Shown piece after piece: positions 41,834-54,495 of a stretch of 64,000 nucleotides of DNA. How positions within the stretch are numbered: the stretch's first letter is position 1; every line of letters starts with the position of its first letter. Under the pieces are notes generated by a model. That model worked only from the letters and a program-made list of their open reading frames with translations, was not told where the DNA came from and ran no database searches. Both the position numbers and the translations under genes were made by a program. The stretch is from Eledone cirrhosa (taxonomy: Eukaryota): positions 313,348,001 to 313,412,000 of the forward strand of contig OZ024740.1 of the NCBI GenBank assembly GCA_964016885.1, read 5' to 3'.

Positions 41834-41917
41834 CGTTATTCCGGGTTGAATCGGAGGTAACCACAGTAAGTAAGGTACTCAATATATAGCAGAGTATAAA
41901 AGTTTTAATATAGATGA

Positions 41918-41966
41918 GATTCTACAGGACTAGAACTGTTTCATTCTTTAGAAATCATCAGGAATC
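41918..41966 (-). ncRNA. Complete type I hammerhead ribozyme in a 140-bp palindrome (41901-42040)
   Basis: GATTC-CTGATGA-T.TTC-TAAA-GAA.T-GAAA-CAG-TTCTAGTC-CTG-TA-GAATC. Confidence 0.8.
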
Positions 41967-41974
41967 TTGAATCT

Positions 41975-42023
41975 GATTCCCGATGATTTCTAAAGAATGA
42001 AACAGTTCTAGTCCTGTAGAATC
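41975..42023 (+). ncRNA. Inverted twin hammerhead with core mutation (CCGATGA)
   Basis: Identical to the 41918-41966 motif except U4 to C. Confidence 0.6.
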
Positions 42024-42036
42024 TCATCTATATTAA

Positions 42037-42131
<95 letters not shown>

Positions 42132-42438
42132 TGTTTGTCCAATAACCCCTCAATATAAAGGCACTATAATTTCCGAAACAGAAGGGACTCACAAGATATT
42201 GTTATTTGTACAACAATTTAGATATCTTGTATAAAACAGCATATAGAACATACGAGTATAATCAGTTAGAACAATGAAGTATTAATTACTTTATATTAGC
42301 AACACACACACACACACACACACACAGACACACATACACACACACACACATACACACACACACAGACACACAGACACACAGACGCACAAACACACAGACA
42401 CATACACACACACATTCACTCACACACACACTCACACA

Positions 42439-42485
<47 letters not shown>

Positions 42486-42655
42486 ACACATACACACACA
42501 CACACATACACACACACACACATACACACACACACAGACACACAGACACACAGACGCACAAACACATACACACACACACTCACTCACACACACACTCACA
42601 CACAGACACACAGACACACACACACAGAAACACAGACACATAAACACACACACAG

Positions 42656-42687
<32 letters not shown>

Positions 42688-42705
42688 ATATACACACACA
42701 CACAT

Positions 42706-42754
<49 letters not shown>

Positions 42755-44076
42755 GAGAGAGGGGGGGGGGGGGAGAGAATTGAGTTCGAGCCAGTACTTG
42801 ACTACTATTTGATTTGCTGACTCCCCAAGATGAAAGGAAACATTGACCTCGGCAGGATTTGAACTCGGAATGCAGAGAGCCAGAAGAAACACCACAATAC
42901 ATTCTCTCCGCGAGTAACAATCTCCACCGTTTGTTTCCACAGCCGCCCAGTCACAATATTTCTGTACCCTTTAGATATATTCTTACCCATTGTTGTTAAC
43001 ATTTCCATATAAGTGACTGCAAAAACTAAGCTTCTTTCCATTAATCGATCTAGAACTCTGATCATATTCGCACTTCTATGTCCGATAGGTTTCACTTTTT
43101 TTCTAAAGATCTTCCAATAAATGGTTATATCAGATCTATTGCTACATCGACCACAATGGCGGTTAGTTCTCCATAGTGAACTCGTCATCATCTTTCCTCC
43201 TGATGAATTCTTCATCTTTATAAAGATCTTATTCGTTTCTTATCACATCTTGGCTGGTCACTCTGCAGATGTTCTCTTCTTGATCAAATTGCAAAGCCAG
43301 TTTTTAATATTGTTGGTCTAATATTGTTGATCTAATATAATTGGTCTAATATGGCTGGTCTAATATAGTTGGTCTAATATGGTTGTCAGGACTTTGCTTC
43401 GTTACCTCTATCTCATAAATACTTATATGGTCGTTGTTCTGTCGAACCTTCTTCATTCGTTCCTCTTCTTAAGTTTCCAAATTTAGTGACTCGTTTTTCT
43501 GCTAGTTTCCTGGTTGCCCAGTTTTGTAAGGAGGGGTTCGAGGGCTGACCAGAAAAATTTGGAAAGAAGATGTATATTTAACCTCGGTATTTTACTGATT
43601 ATGAAGGAAAGGAATCAAAATTGGCTCCAGCGTTATCTGATCTCAGAAGGCAAAGAGGCAATATCGTAATTATTTAACCCCAGATCAGTCCCGATCGAGC
43701 AAACTACGATGAAAGCCGCGGTTTCGTTCTGCTTGACCCCTATATTTTAATTGTAATTATCAAAGCTAGAATATTATATTCATTGTGTATTTTTCTCATC
43801 GGAATCAGAACGGCAATTTGCATTAGATTTTCTAAATTTAAATATTACTAAGCCTAATATATATATATAGCTTAGAAATGGTAAGAACTATTCATCTAAA
43901 ATATATAGAGCGCGTTTATTATGTCAACAACTTCAGACAGAGTTTCCGGTGAACATATACATACGGCGTCTATTTAGTGAAGGACTACAGGTTGTTTATC
44001 CATTCCAAATCTACAAACTGTGTCTATTTTGAAGATATTAACAGGCTCTATCTCTATCTAATGAGCTTCCTTAACC

Positions 44077-44931
44077 TGTGTGTGTGTATGTATGTATGTA
44101 TATATGTGTGTGTATGTATATGTGTGTATGTGTGTATGTGTGTGTGTGAATGTATGTATGTATGTATGTGTATGTGCGTGTATGTGTATCTATGTGTGTG
44201 TGTATGTATGTGTGTGTGTATGAATGTATGTATGTATGTATGTATGTATGTATGCATGTGTGTATGTGTGTATGTATGTATGTATGTATGTATGTATGTA
44301 TGTATGTATGTATGTATGCACGTATGTATGTATGTACACAAACCCCGGTACGGCGGCCCACAATACAGAGGAAAGGAAGATAAACAAACATCGAGGATTG
44401 TCCAGCCGCTTCCTCTTCGGACTGGTCGCCGTCGAGACCTCATCAGGCATACTTGGACCCCCGTATTACCGAGCTCCTCGGCAAGATCGGAACGTCGGCT
44501 GCCCGTCTGAGGAAGGAGCCCTACGCGGTGGGGTAGCTGTTGCAGCGGGTGTCGCTGGCCATTGTCCGCGGAAATGCTTTCGCGGTCTTGTCTGTCGCGC
44601 AGCTCCAACACCGTCACGCTCTAGACCCAGAGCCCCCCCCCCCCCCTCTCATATTTCTGTGACCCTAGAGCGCTTGCCCTTCCCCTTCCTTTTCCGTTAT
44701 TAACAGACTCTATCTGTATCGAATGAGTTTCCTTATCCTGTATGTATATATGTATGTATGTATGTATTATGTATGTATTTATGTATGTATGTATGTATGT
44801 ATATATTTATATGTGTATATATGTATGTATGTATGTATGTATGCATGTCTGTGTGTATGTATGCACATACGTATGGATGTATGTATGTATATATGTATGA
44901 ATGTATATACGTATACATATATGTATGTTTG

Positions 44932-44965
<34 letters not shown>

Positions 44966-45167
44966 TGTATGTATGTATACATATATGTATGTTTGTATGT
45001 ATGTTTGTATGTATGTATGTATGTATGTATGCATGTCTGTGTGTATGTATGCACATACGTATGGATGTATGTATGTATATATGTATGAATGTATATACGT
45101 ATACATATATGTATGTTTGTATATATGTATGTATGTATTATGTATGTATGTATGTATGTATGTATAC

Positions 45168-45200
<33 letters not shown>

Positions 45201-45545
45201 TGTATGTATGTATGTATGTATGTATGTATGTATGTATGTATATATGTATGTATGCATGTCTGTGTGTATGTATGCACATACGTATGGATGTATATATGTA
45301 TATATGTATGAATGTATATACGTATACATATATGTATGTTTGTATATATGTATATATGTATGTATGTACGTACGTATGTATGTATGTATGTATGTATGTA
45401 TGTATGTATGTATGTATGTATGTATGTATGTATGTATGTATGTATGTATGTATGCATGCATGCATGCATGCATGCATGCATGCATGTATGTATGTATGTA
45501 TGTATGTATGTATGTATGTATGTATGTATGTATGTATGTATGTAT
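44077..45545. repeat. (TGTA)n-rich compound microsatellite with higher-order internal repeats, interrupted by the CRE fragment
   Basis: gcatgtctgtgtgtatgtatgcacatacgtatggatg recurs at ~44843, 45031 and 45254. Confidence 0.9.
44338..44740 (+). mobile_element. 5'-truncated CRE-clade non-LTR retrotransposon 3' end (restriction-like endonuclease C-terminus)
   Basis: PGTAAHNTEERKINKHRGLSSRFLFGLVAVETSSG, then out of frame LLQRVSLAIVRGNAFAVL. Matches the CRE pattern AA..E..K..KY...AVET.G...QR.S.A..RGNA. Confidence 0.75.
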
Positions 45546-45988
45546 AATTCACCACGTACTTCATAAATCTTTATTTAGCAGTGAGTAGTTGTCTCTCTCT
45601 CAGGAAACATGACAACAAGAAATCTGAAAAGCTGACACAAAGACAACGGAATAGAATAATGAAGACAGCATCAAACGATATAAACAGAAATAAATAAAGG
45701 AAGTGAGAAAAGGCGGTGGTAATAAATAACTGAGACATTAATTAAGGTATAAACTGCTGAAGTATATTGACCTTTGGTGTAGTTTAATATTAGACTGGTC
45801 AGATTTCTGTTCTAACGGAAAAGGTTAGAGATAGTTAATGTGGGACAGAACGGATATAAGGCTCAAGATGTCATTTTTTACAAGTTAAAACGTGGAAAGG
45901 ATTCTATTAATGTTCAACAAGGATAAAGAAACATAAATATTAAGTTATTCATTATGAGAATCACACACACAGCTGCATATATACACCC

Positions 45989-46019
<31 letters not shown>

Positions 46020-46091
46020 ACGAAGGAAATGTGGTAAGGAACCAGGTGGACCATAACGCACCAAAGTACTCAATACTTAGGGTAGTAGAGT

Positions 46092-46188
46092 GGGAAATAG
46101 GAGCAAGTAAGACCCCGACGGCTGAGCTCAAGCCGTTTCGAAAGCCGTCGAAACGGCTTGAGCTCACCCGTCGGGGTCTTACTTGTTC

Positions 46189-46190
<2 letters not shown>
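46092..46190. repeat. GC-rich ~95-bp near-perfect palindrome inside a (TA)n-flanked island
   Basis: ggagcaagtaagaccccgacggctgagctcaagccgtttcga / tcgaaacggcttgagctcacccgtcggggtcttacttgttcc. The island start (46020-46059) is repeated at 49627-49666. Confidence 0.85.
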
Positions 46191-46272
<82 letters not shown>

Positions 46273-46315
46273 GTATATATGTATATATATATATATGTGT
46301 GTGTATGTGTTTATT

Positions 46316-46369
<54 letters not shown>

Positions 46370-46435
46370 TATGTCCCAAGGCTCTGATACCATCAACACT
46401 ATACACACAGAGCTGGCATATCTAAGAACTGACTA

Positions 46436-46491
46436 ACTGCCTGATGAGGTCATAGCCATTCAATGGCTATCATCGAAATATATATAGCAGT
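46436..46491 (+). ncRNA. Type I hammerhead ribozyme, canonical core
   Basis: ACTGC-CTGATGA-GGT.c.ATAGCCAT-tca-ATGGCTAT.c.ATC-GAAA-TATATA-TA-GCAGT. Confidence 0.82.
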
Positions 46492-46540
46492 AAATAAAGG
46501 ATTATGAGTTCATGCAATTGACTTGTTTCGTCACTATATA

Positions 46541-46582
<42 letters not shown>

Positions 46583-46877
46583 TATATATATATATGTGTA
46601 TATATATATATGTGTATATATATATATATATATATACTATTGAACCGTCCGGCTGGCGCCCGGCTAGGTATACCTGCCCCCACCACTCCACTGCAAAGAT
46701 AACACAGACCCTCCCGTGTCACATTGTCCTTACGACTCTCTCCCTCTCTCTCTCATGATCTTACATACATACATACATACATACATATAAAGTATAGATA
46801 TGTGTGTGTGTTTGTGTGTATGTGCATGTGCGTGTCTGTGTGTTTTGTTTTGATGTTATCCGGCAATTGGCGAAATC

Positions 46878-46923
<46 letters not shown>

Positions 46924-47411
46924 TATGCGAGCGACGACAGAAAAAGTGTGTGGGATACATACATTATTATATTTGTCTGTATTTTCGTTCTGCAACCATT
47001 ATATTATATTTGTATCCAAATGATTTTAGATGTATGTATTACCTGCATTGCCCGTCCCTCTGTTTCTATTTCCCTGTCTCTCTTTCTCTCTCTCCTCTCT
47101 CTCTCTTTAGATGTGTGTGTGTGTGTGTAGGTTTCCTAATCTGTCTCTTTCACTCTCTGTCTCTCTAAGAGGGTTACTTTTGATGTATGTATTACCTGCT
47201 GTCATATAGAGAGTGAAGAGAGACAGAGAGTAAAGCAGTTAAATTATAGAGAGCGTGAAATAGGGAGAGACAGAGACGATGTTCAGCTTTATAATATTAG
47301 AGAGTGAAGAGCGACAGAGAGAGTAAACCAGTTAAATTATAGAGAGGGGGAATGATCTATTATAGAGAGAGGGAGGAGCGATGGAGAGAGTAAAGCTAAG
47401 AAACTATAGGG

Positions 47412-47456
<45 letters not shown>

Positions 47457-47560
47457 TATTGAAATTTCCGTTGAAAACAGAAAAGGTCATAGAAGTGAAG
47501 AGTGCTCTATGTAAGTACCAGAGCAAAATTTAATGTATAAAAATCAACACAATATAATTA

Positions 47561-47630
47561 CCTCATTACCAGAGGTTTCCCGAATGAGGCGAATACGAAA
47601 GAAACGTCTTCATTCGTTCGTCAGACGAGG
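47561..47630 (-). ncRNA. Type I hammerhead ribozyme
   Basis: CCTCGT-CTGACGA-A.CGAATGA...TCATTCG.G-GAAA-CC-TCT-GG-TA-ATGAGG. Confidence 0.8.
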
Positions 47631-47830
47631 CAATATCTATCTATATATATATATATATAATATAATATAATATAATATAATATTATAATATTTAACTCCT
47701 TACTAGCACCACCAACTACAAAAACGAAGACGATTGAACTGCTTTACGTTGACTACTCTCCATATTATTACATTAAGATTGACCATACGGAATTGACCAG
47801 CTCTATCTCGTGGTGAACCTTCAAACCTGA

Positions 47831-47884
<54 letters not shown>

Positions 47885-48163
47885 ATAATAATAAATATGA
47901 AGACTAAAATCCAAAGAGGGCTCGATAAGGATAAATATATATCAAATATATAAGAACCCTAGAGCAAATATTTATTTCCGTTCTTTGCCAGGGAACGTCT
48001 TTACGAACTAAAGTATTGTCTTTCTGATTTCCTTTGGTTAAAATCGTTTTTTCGAAATATTTACTTCTGTGTTCACAGATTGATTTTTTAATTTCAGAAG
48101 ATTCCGTTAAGGGTGAAAGCAGCGATTCTTTGCTTAAACTTTAATCTGTTATTTTAATAAATG

Positions 48164-48333
48164 CTAGTAGAATGGCCCGGCGTTGCTCGGGATTTGCTCT
48201 AGGGTTCTTATATATTTGAAATATATTTATCCTTATCGAGCCTCGTGAAATAAATACGTTTGTTTATATTTTGTTACTGTGTATGCAAAAATATCAGTAC
48301 ACGAATATATAATTATATATATATACGAATATA

Positions 48334-48416
<83 letters not shown>

Positions 48417-48620
48417 CAGATTAAAGAAATAACAGATTAAAGAAAAACGTTACACATACACTATATATATATATATATATACACACACACTATATATACA
48501 TATATACACACACACACGCATATAGCGTCATAATGTCGTAATGCAGACAGCCAGACATACAGACAGATATTATAAGGGCGCAACATAAATCTATGTATCT
48601 ATCTAAAAAGAAAGACTAAG
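48164..48620 (-). mobile_element. Helitron-like non-autonomous element fragment
   Basis: Minus strand ends cccgagcaacgccgggccattcta-CTAG. Homologous to 11400-11549 and 5420-5480. Confidence 0.5.
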
Positions 48621-48662
48621 AGAGATAGAGAGAGAACGAGAGAGAGAGAGAGAGAGAGAGCG

Positions 48663-49390
48663 ATGCGCGGTTACACGCAAGCTAAAATTATCTCCTGTGA
48701 TTATTCATGTATTTTTATATGTTAATCAATCTCTAGTTATTATAATATGCTCAGATTTATTTATCTTTGAGCTTAAATTCTCAGGATATATGGCGCATGC
48801 ATTATGTCATGACACCCATGATTTCGATTTAGATTAAATTCATTTAATTTTGGACTTAGATATATATATACGGCTCCTTAATTGTAGAGCTATTTCTGTT
48901 GAGAAGAATTTTGACTGCTATTTCAAGTTGTCGAATACCTTTTCACGCCACTGAAACGAAACCGCTATCTTGTGTGGACGCAACACGTGGTAGCGGATAG
49001 TTGAAGATTTGATCTCGCTCTGTAAGCACGAATAGCTGGAAATTATCACTTTCCTTGTTGACAATCCAATAATATCCACTTTCCGTGACTTACCATCTGA
49101 TTAATTGGTGAAATATATTTCTTTAATGGGATATATACAAGGAAGGTTAATCTCACTTAAAGGTAAATATTACCTAAACTAGCTATGCGCGGTTACACGC
49201 AAGCTAAAATTATCTCCTGTGATTATTCATGTATTTTTATATGTTAATCAATTTCTAGTTATTATAATATGGTCAGATTTATTTATCTTTGAGCTTAAAT
49301 TCTCAGGATATATGGCGCATGCATTATGTCATGACACCCATGATTTCGATTTAGATTAAATTCATTTAATTCATTTATCTTAATTTTGGA

Positions 49391-49392
<2 letters not shown>
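48663..49392. repeat. ~200-bp direct repeat pair, 522-bp period, each copy ending in (TA)n
   Basis: atgcgcggttacacgcaagctaaaattatc... at 48663 and 49185; a diverged relative at ~49515-49600. Confidence 0.85.
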
Positions 49393-49423
<31 letters not shown>

Positions 49424-49680
49424 ACTAGAAATTGATTGACATATATATATATTTATAATAAACTCATGAAACAATCACAGGGAATAATTTGTAATGCTCG
49501 GATCTATTCATTGGAATCTTTGAGCTTATTCTACGGTGGATATGGCGCATGTCTCGGACATGACTCCCTTAATTTAATTTAATTTAATTTAATTTATTTC
49601 GGATATATATATATATATATATATATAACGAAGGAAATGTGGTAAGGAACCAGGAGGACCATAACGGGATCTTACTGGTT

Positions 49681-49730
<50 letters not shown>

Positions 49731-49745
<15 letters not shown>

Positions 49746-50086
49746 GTCTCTGATTGCTTGCTTGCTTGTCTGTAATGTAACACAGCCAAAAGGGCGCATA
49801 ATGGTAAATAATTCGAAAGGAAGTTGCTCCTGAAATGGGAATACAATGGAATAAAATAAGTTTCGCGAAAATCGGATGACGGGTTCCCGAGATATGGGGT
49901 TTTTCCGGGTACTTTCATAAACAAAGAAAGAGAAAGATAGAGAGGAAGGGATAGTGGTTGTGGTAGAGAAGATTGAAAGAGGAGACAGTGAAGGAGAATG
50001 GAAGAGAGCTGATGGTGTTGTTGTATATATGTGACTGAGTCTGTATATATATATATATATACATGTGTGTGTATATATGTGAGTGA

Positions 50087-50143
<57 letters not shown>

Positions 50144-50422
50144 CATGTGTGTGTATATATGTGTGCGGGCGTGTCTATGACCAGTGCATATAGATCACAG
50201 ACACCCATATATATATATATATACACACACATGCATATATATCTGTATACACACACATTTATATATATACATACACGTATATATATGGGCCTTCCAGTTT
50301 CATTTCACGTTATATACATGTCTGTGTATATTTTAATTATTTAAAAATTATTTTTAAGTGAACATGATTTAAAAAAAAATATTTTGAAGTGAACTTGACC
50401 CAACGGGTCACGGGTGGTCTAG
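49731..50422 (+). mobile_element. Non-autonomous Helitron-like element
   Basis: 5' tatataatactaaaagtctctg..(gctt)n..gtctg; 3' hairpin acccaacgggt..cgggt followed by CTAG|T. Confidence 0.5.
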
Positions 50423-50660
50423 TATATGTATAAAAATGAAGCAACGGATTCAGAAACTCGCATTAGTCCCTGTAAATAATGAGCTCAAAGGAAAAAGAAG
50501 TTTGTACGTGTGTGATATATAGTTATAAAGGTGGGTTGTTTCATTTTAATTTATCTTTTTAATTATAATATATCTACTTCATCTTTATCAGTTTATAAGT
50601 TCCATACGGTAGCGGTGTTCCCTGTAACCGAAAAAACACACACACTCTCTCGTGTGTTTT

Positions 50661-50763
<103 letters not shown>

Positions 50764-50909
50764 ATCTGACTGTTCTTCAAATTATTAATTTTAATATAGC
50801 TCTGATTAATAATTATTTATTTAATTTATTCATTCATTGAGTCACACCGTTGAAGGTTGCCTACACTCATATATGTATCTATACTTATGTTTTTAAATAT
50901 ATATATATT

Positions 50910-50942
<33 letters not shown>

Positions 50943-51484
50943 TTGTTTTGCGAGGTTTTTGATATGAAATCGTGTGTCGAAACAAATATTGTTATACTTG
51001 GGGAGGGTCATATTGTTGTAATAATATTGCCAGAATTAATAACAGAACACACTCACTGTTTGGTTGGTTTTCGCTTCTGTATCTTTTATAACTCCACAAT
51101 TAATTCATTTGGTCCTCAATGTTGATCATTGCCTGACCAACGGTCACAAATACAGATATAATATAGATATAAACACATATATATAATCTAACAAAGTTCT
51201 TTCGTTGCACATCTGTAACATCTGTAACATCATCAGTGGTACTATTATGTTCCTCCTGTTGTACTGTATGTCTACGCCATTTTTATTTTATCTGTTAATT
51301 TATTTATTTATTTATTTTTGCCTTCTTCTTTGCGCATGCGTTTGCGTGTATAGTGTTTGGTGTGTGTGTTCGCGTTTGGGTGACTGTGTTTTGTATTCTA
51401 TCTTAGTTTACTAGTATGTGTTTATATGTGTTTGTGTATATATTTATTTATTTATTTATTTATTTATTTCATATTTCCCTTAGG

Positions 51485-53311
51485 TCAGTATTGTTTGTTT
51501 GGGTGTTGTTGTTATTCCATTAATTTTTTCTGTTTAGCTTTGGCCTTCTAAGTTCTATTTCACTGGCCTCTTTGATTTGCCTATCTGCTGGGTCATTTCT
51601 ATGTTTAGATATTATTCTAATTTCTATGTTGTCTATGTTACCGTCTAGCGTGTTCGTATAGTACTGAACCATTTTTTTCTTCCTTTTAATTCCCCCCAGT
51701 GCTGGTCTATCCTTTCTCCTATGCTACGAGCTGTCTCGCCTATGTATGTTGTCATGTTTCTGAAAGTACCCTCTGTACATCTTATGCTATAGACTACATT
51801 TCTAGTTTTATAGTTTATCTGGGGGTTTATTTTACATATAACACATTTCCTATTAGTACAGTGGGTTTTCTTAAAAGGGTATGTTTTGCTGATCAGGGAT
51901 TTTATGGTAGTTCCTGGCTTTTCTACCACTTTAATCTTTAAGTGGGTCTTTCTCAGGGCCTTTCTACACTGGTTAGCTAATTTCCCTCCAGGGGTAGCGT
52001 CCACAAACATGACACTCTGGTATCTCTGGTTGTCGTACCATGAGGTGGCTTTCCCTATCTTATGTTTAGTCCTATCTAAGCTATTCCATGATTTGCTCCT
52101 GTATAATGGGCAAATTCCTTTCATGTCCAGTTCTATGAGGGTCTTATACTTCCCCGTGTCTCCTTTGTATACTCTGATTCTGTCGTTTTGGTTGTAGCCA
52201 GAGAACTGCATGCGGTTGATGAAGTGTTGGATGTGTCTTTCCATTTCTGTTGGGTCGCACATGCGGGATACGTTCTTCATCACTCGTACCAAGTCTGCGA
52301 TCAGAATATTAAACTTAGCACTACTGGACATTGCAGAGTTTTTGAGTATCAGGTATTTGGAGGCCATGGGTTTAGCGTAGTGTGAGTGGAGAATTTGGTC
52401 CCTCTCGTCTATAGTGTTAATCCAGAGTTCTGTGTCTAATACAGGTAATCTATTGTTAGGGTGTTTGGAAGGGTAGTCGATAGTTACAGTTATACTCTGG
52501 TGTATGGAGTTAACTATGTGCTGGATGCTTTCCATTGTGCTAAATTCTAAATCATATTTGTTAGTACTCTCTTGTGGGGGTGTCCTTATTACTATATTAA
52601 TATCGTCTATGTAACGAGAGTACATGATGAGGTCTATGGAGCTCTCATCAAGGAGATCTTTGAGTCTCCTTTTCTACCATACCATAAAAGGTTGGCAACG
52701 TCACCAGTTATGCTGACGCCAATGGCTGCTCCCTCATTTTGGGTGTAGATCTTTTCGTTGAATTTGAATATATGGCCCTTTAGGGTAGTTTTAATACTAG
52801 CCCCTATTGCATGCGCGACCATTTTTCTTACTTGATCATTGTTTTGGGGGGTCAGTATGGTTTTGGTCCACCCAATCCATCTTCCCCTGAGAGTCTTTTT
52901 TGCCATTGAGGTTATGGTGGGGCGTCTACCCCTTATGGGTCTACTGGGGCAGAAATGGCTAAGATCATGGCTGTCTATGTACTCGGTGTCATAGGTAAGT
53001 CTAAGTAGGAGGCCCAGTTCATCTGTGTCGACATCGCAGAACTCCACCTCACTCTCACTGATCATCTCCACACATTTTTACACAGCAAAATCAATGTTAA
53101 TGGCTGGGTATAGTGACACCACGTCCATACTGCCTATTATGCAGTTAGATAGGTTTTTGTTTTTGTTGCACTCATTGATTCTGCTGAGGAGGTCCTCTGT
53201 ACTGTCACATACATCTGGGGATACCTTGATTATGGGGCGTATAACCATTGAGAGGAAGTAGGAGATCCTGTAGTTGCTAACGATATTAGCTCCGCATACA
53301 GGTCTCCGCAT
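51485..53311 (-). pseudogene. Decayed Penelope-like RT plus GIY-YIG ORF; 5'-truncated, with frameshifts and stops; a different lineage from the 5581 element
   Basis: RRPVCGA, GSMDVVSLYPAI, GAAIG, YSRYIDDI, LPVLD, HYAKPMAS, CxxxxCxxC, NVVYSIRC..YIGETARSIGERIDQH. Confidence 0.88.
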
Positions 53312-54020
53312 ACTTTATCTTTATTGTTCGTTATTAATTTGTTTATCAGTTCTTTCGTCACACATTCTGTGACCCCCCTCAATGATTATCTGTTTTGGGT
53401 CTCTCCTTTTTCCTGGTCTTAAACCTCTATTCCATCTTGTCTTTATTTGTTCTATGGTGCGTTTCTTGTGTTTCGTGTTTGCGCATGCGTCTCAGTGTGC
53501 ATGTATGTTTTTATGTCATCTCTATATGTGTTTTATGTATGTGTGGGTTTGTATCGTTTGTTGTTTCGCTGTTTGTGTTTTTCTCTCTATTCTGTCTTCA
53601 GTCGTAAATTTTCGGGTTGTTACTATTCCACTCGTGTTTTCTGTTCAGGCTAGGACTATCTTCTATTATGTATGTGGCCTCCGTAATTTGTCTGAGTGTT
53701 GCGTCAGTTCTATGTATGCATAGGATCTTTATTTCTATGTTATCTATTGAGCCCTCGTGTTCTAGTTTGGTATGTTGGTATAGCACTGATGAGCTTTTCT
53801 TCTTAAGTTATCGCCAGAGTTCCTTTAACCTCTCTCCTATACTATGGGCTGTCTCTCCTATATATGTTGTTGTCTTTTTTCTGCATCATCCCCCTGTACA
53901 TCTTATCCTATAGACTACATTTCTAGTTTTGCAGTTTATCTGTGGGTTTATCTTACAGACTATGCAGTTTCTATCAGTACAGGGGTTTTTTCCTAAAGGG
54001 GTATGTTCTACTGATCCGGG

Positions 54021-54022
<2 letters not shown>
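53312..54022 (-). mobile_element. Upstream partial-tandem PLE 3' fragment (GIY-YIG plus 3'UTR), diverged from the 51485 copy, bounded by (TA)n
   Basis: CTDRNCIVCKINPQINCKTRNVVYRIRC...YIGETAHSIGER...RQITEATYI..PSLNRKHEWN. Confidence 0.8.
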
Positions 54023-54080
<58 letters not shown>

Positions 54081-54495
54081 GGAAAACGAAAAATCAGTGA
54101 TGCATCGGAACTCAATTTATTGTATGTTACAATTGTTTCCCCGGCGAACAGCTCGAGGTGCGATCCGTGTGTAGATCTACCTGACTCTAGACTCGCTCAA
54201 CCGGCATATCGCCTATGGAAGCATCTTAGCTACCATTACACACACACACACACATATATATATGTATATATCTATCTATCTATCTATCTATCTTGATAGA
54301 GTAAGACACGCTTCACATCGGCTCCGCTATTCTATCGGGATTTACCCTTACTATTGTAAGTACCGGATAAATTTTTCAGTGCAACACATTTGGAACACTA
54401 ACCCCTGTTATTTAGGGAAACATTTTTGCATTTACCCCCTTTTTAGGGGGTAAAATAAATATCTAATTTTGCCGAAAAATTTCGTTCTTGGCAGC

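Noticed and set aside
42960-43215. Possible restriction-like endonuclease relic (IVVDVAI...EKK) on the minus strand
   Set aside because: Too fragmentary to support without a profile search.
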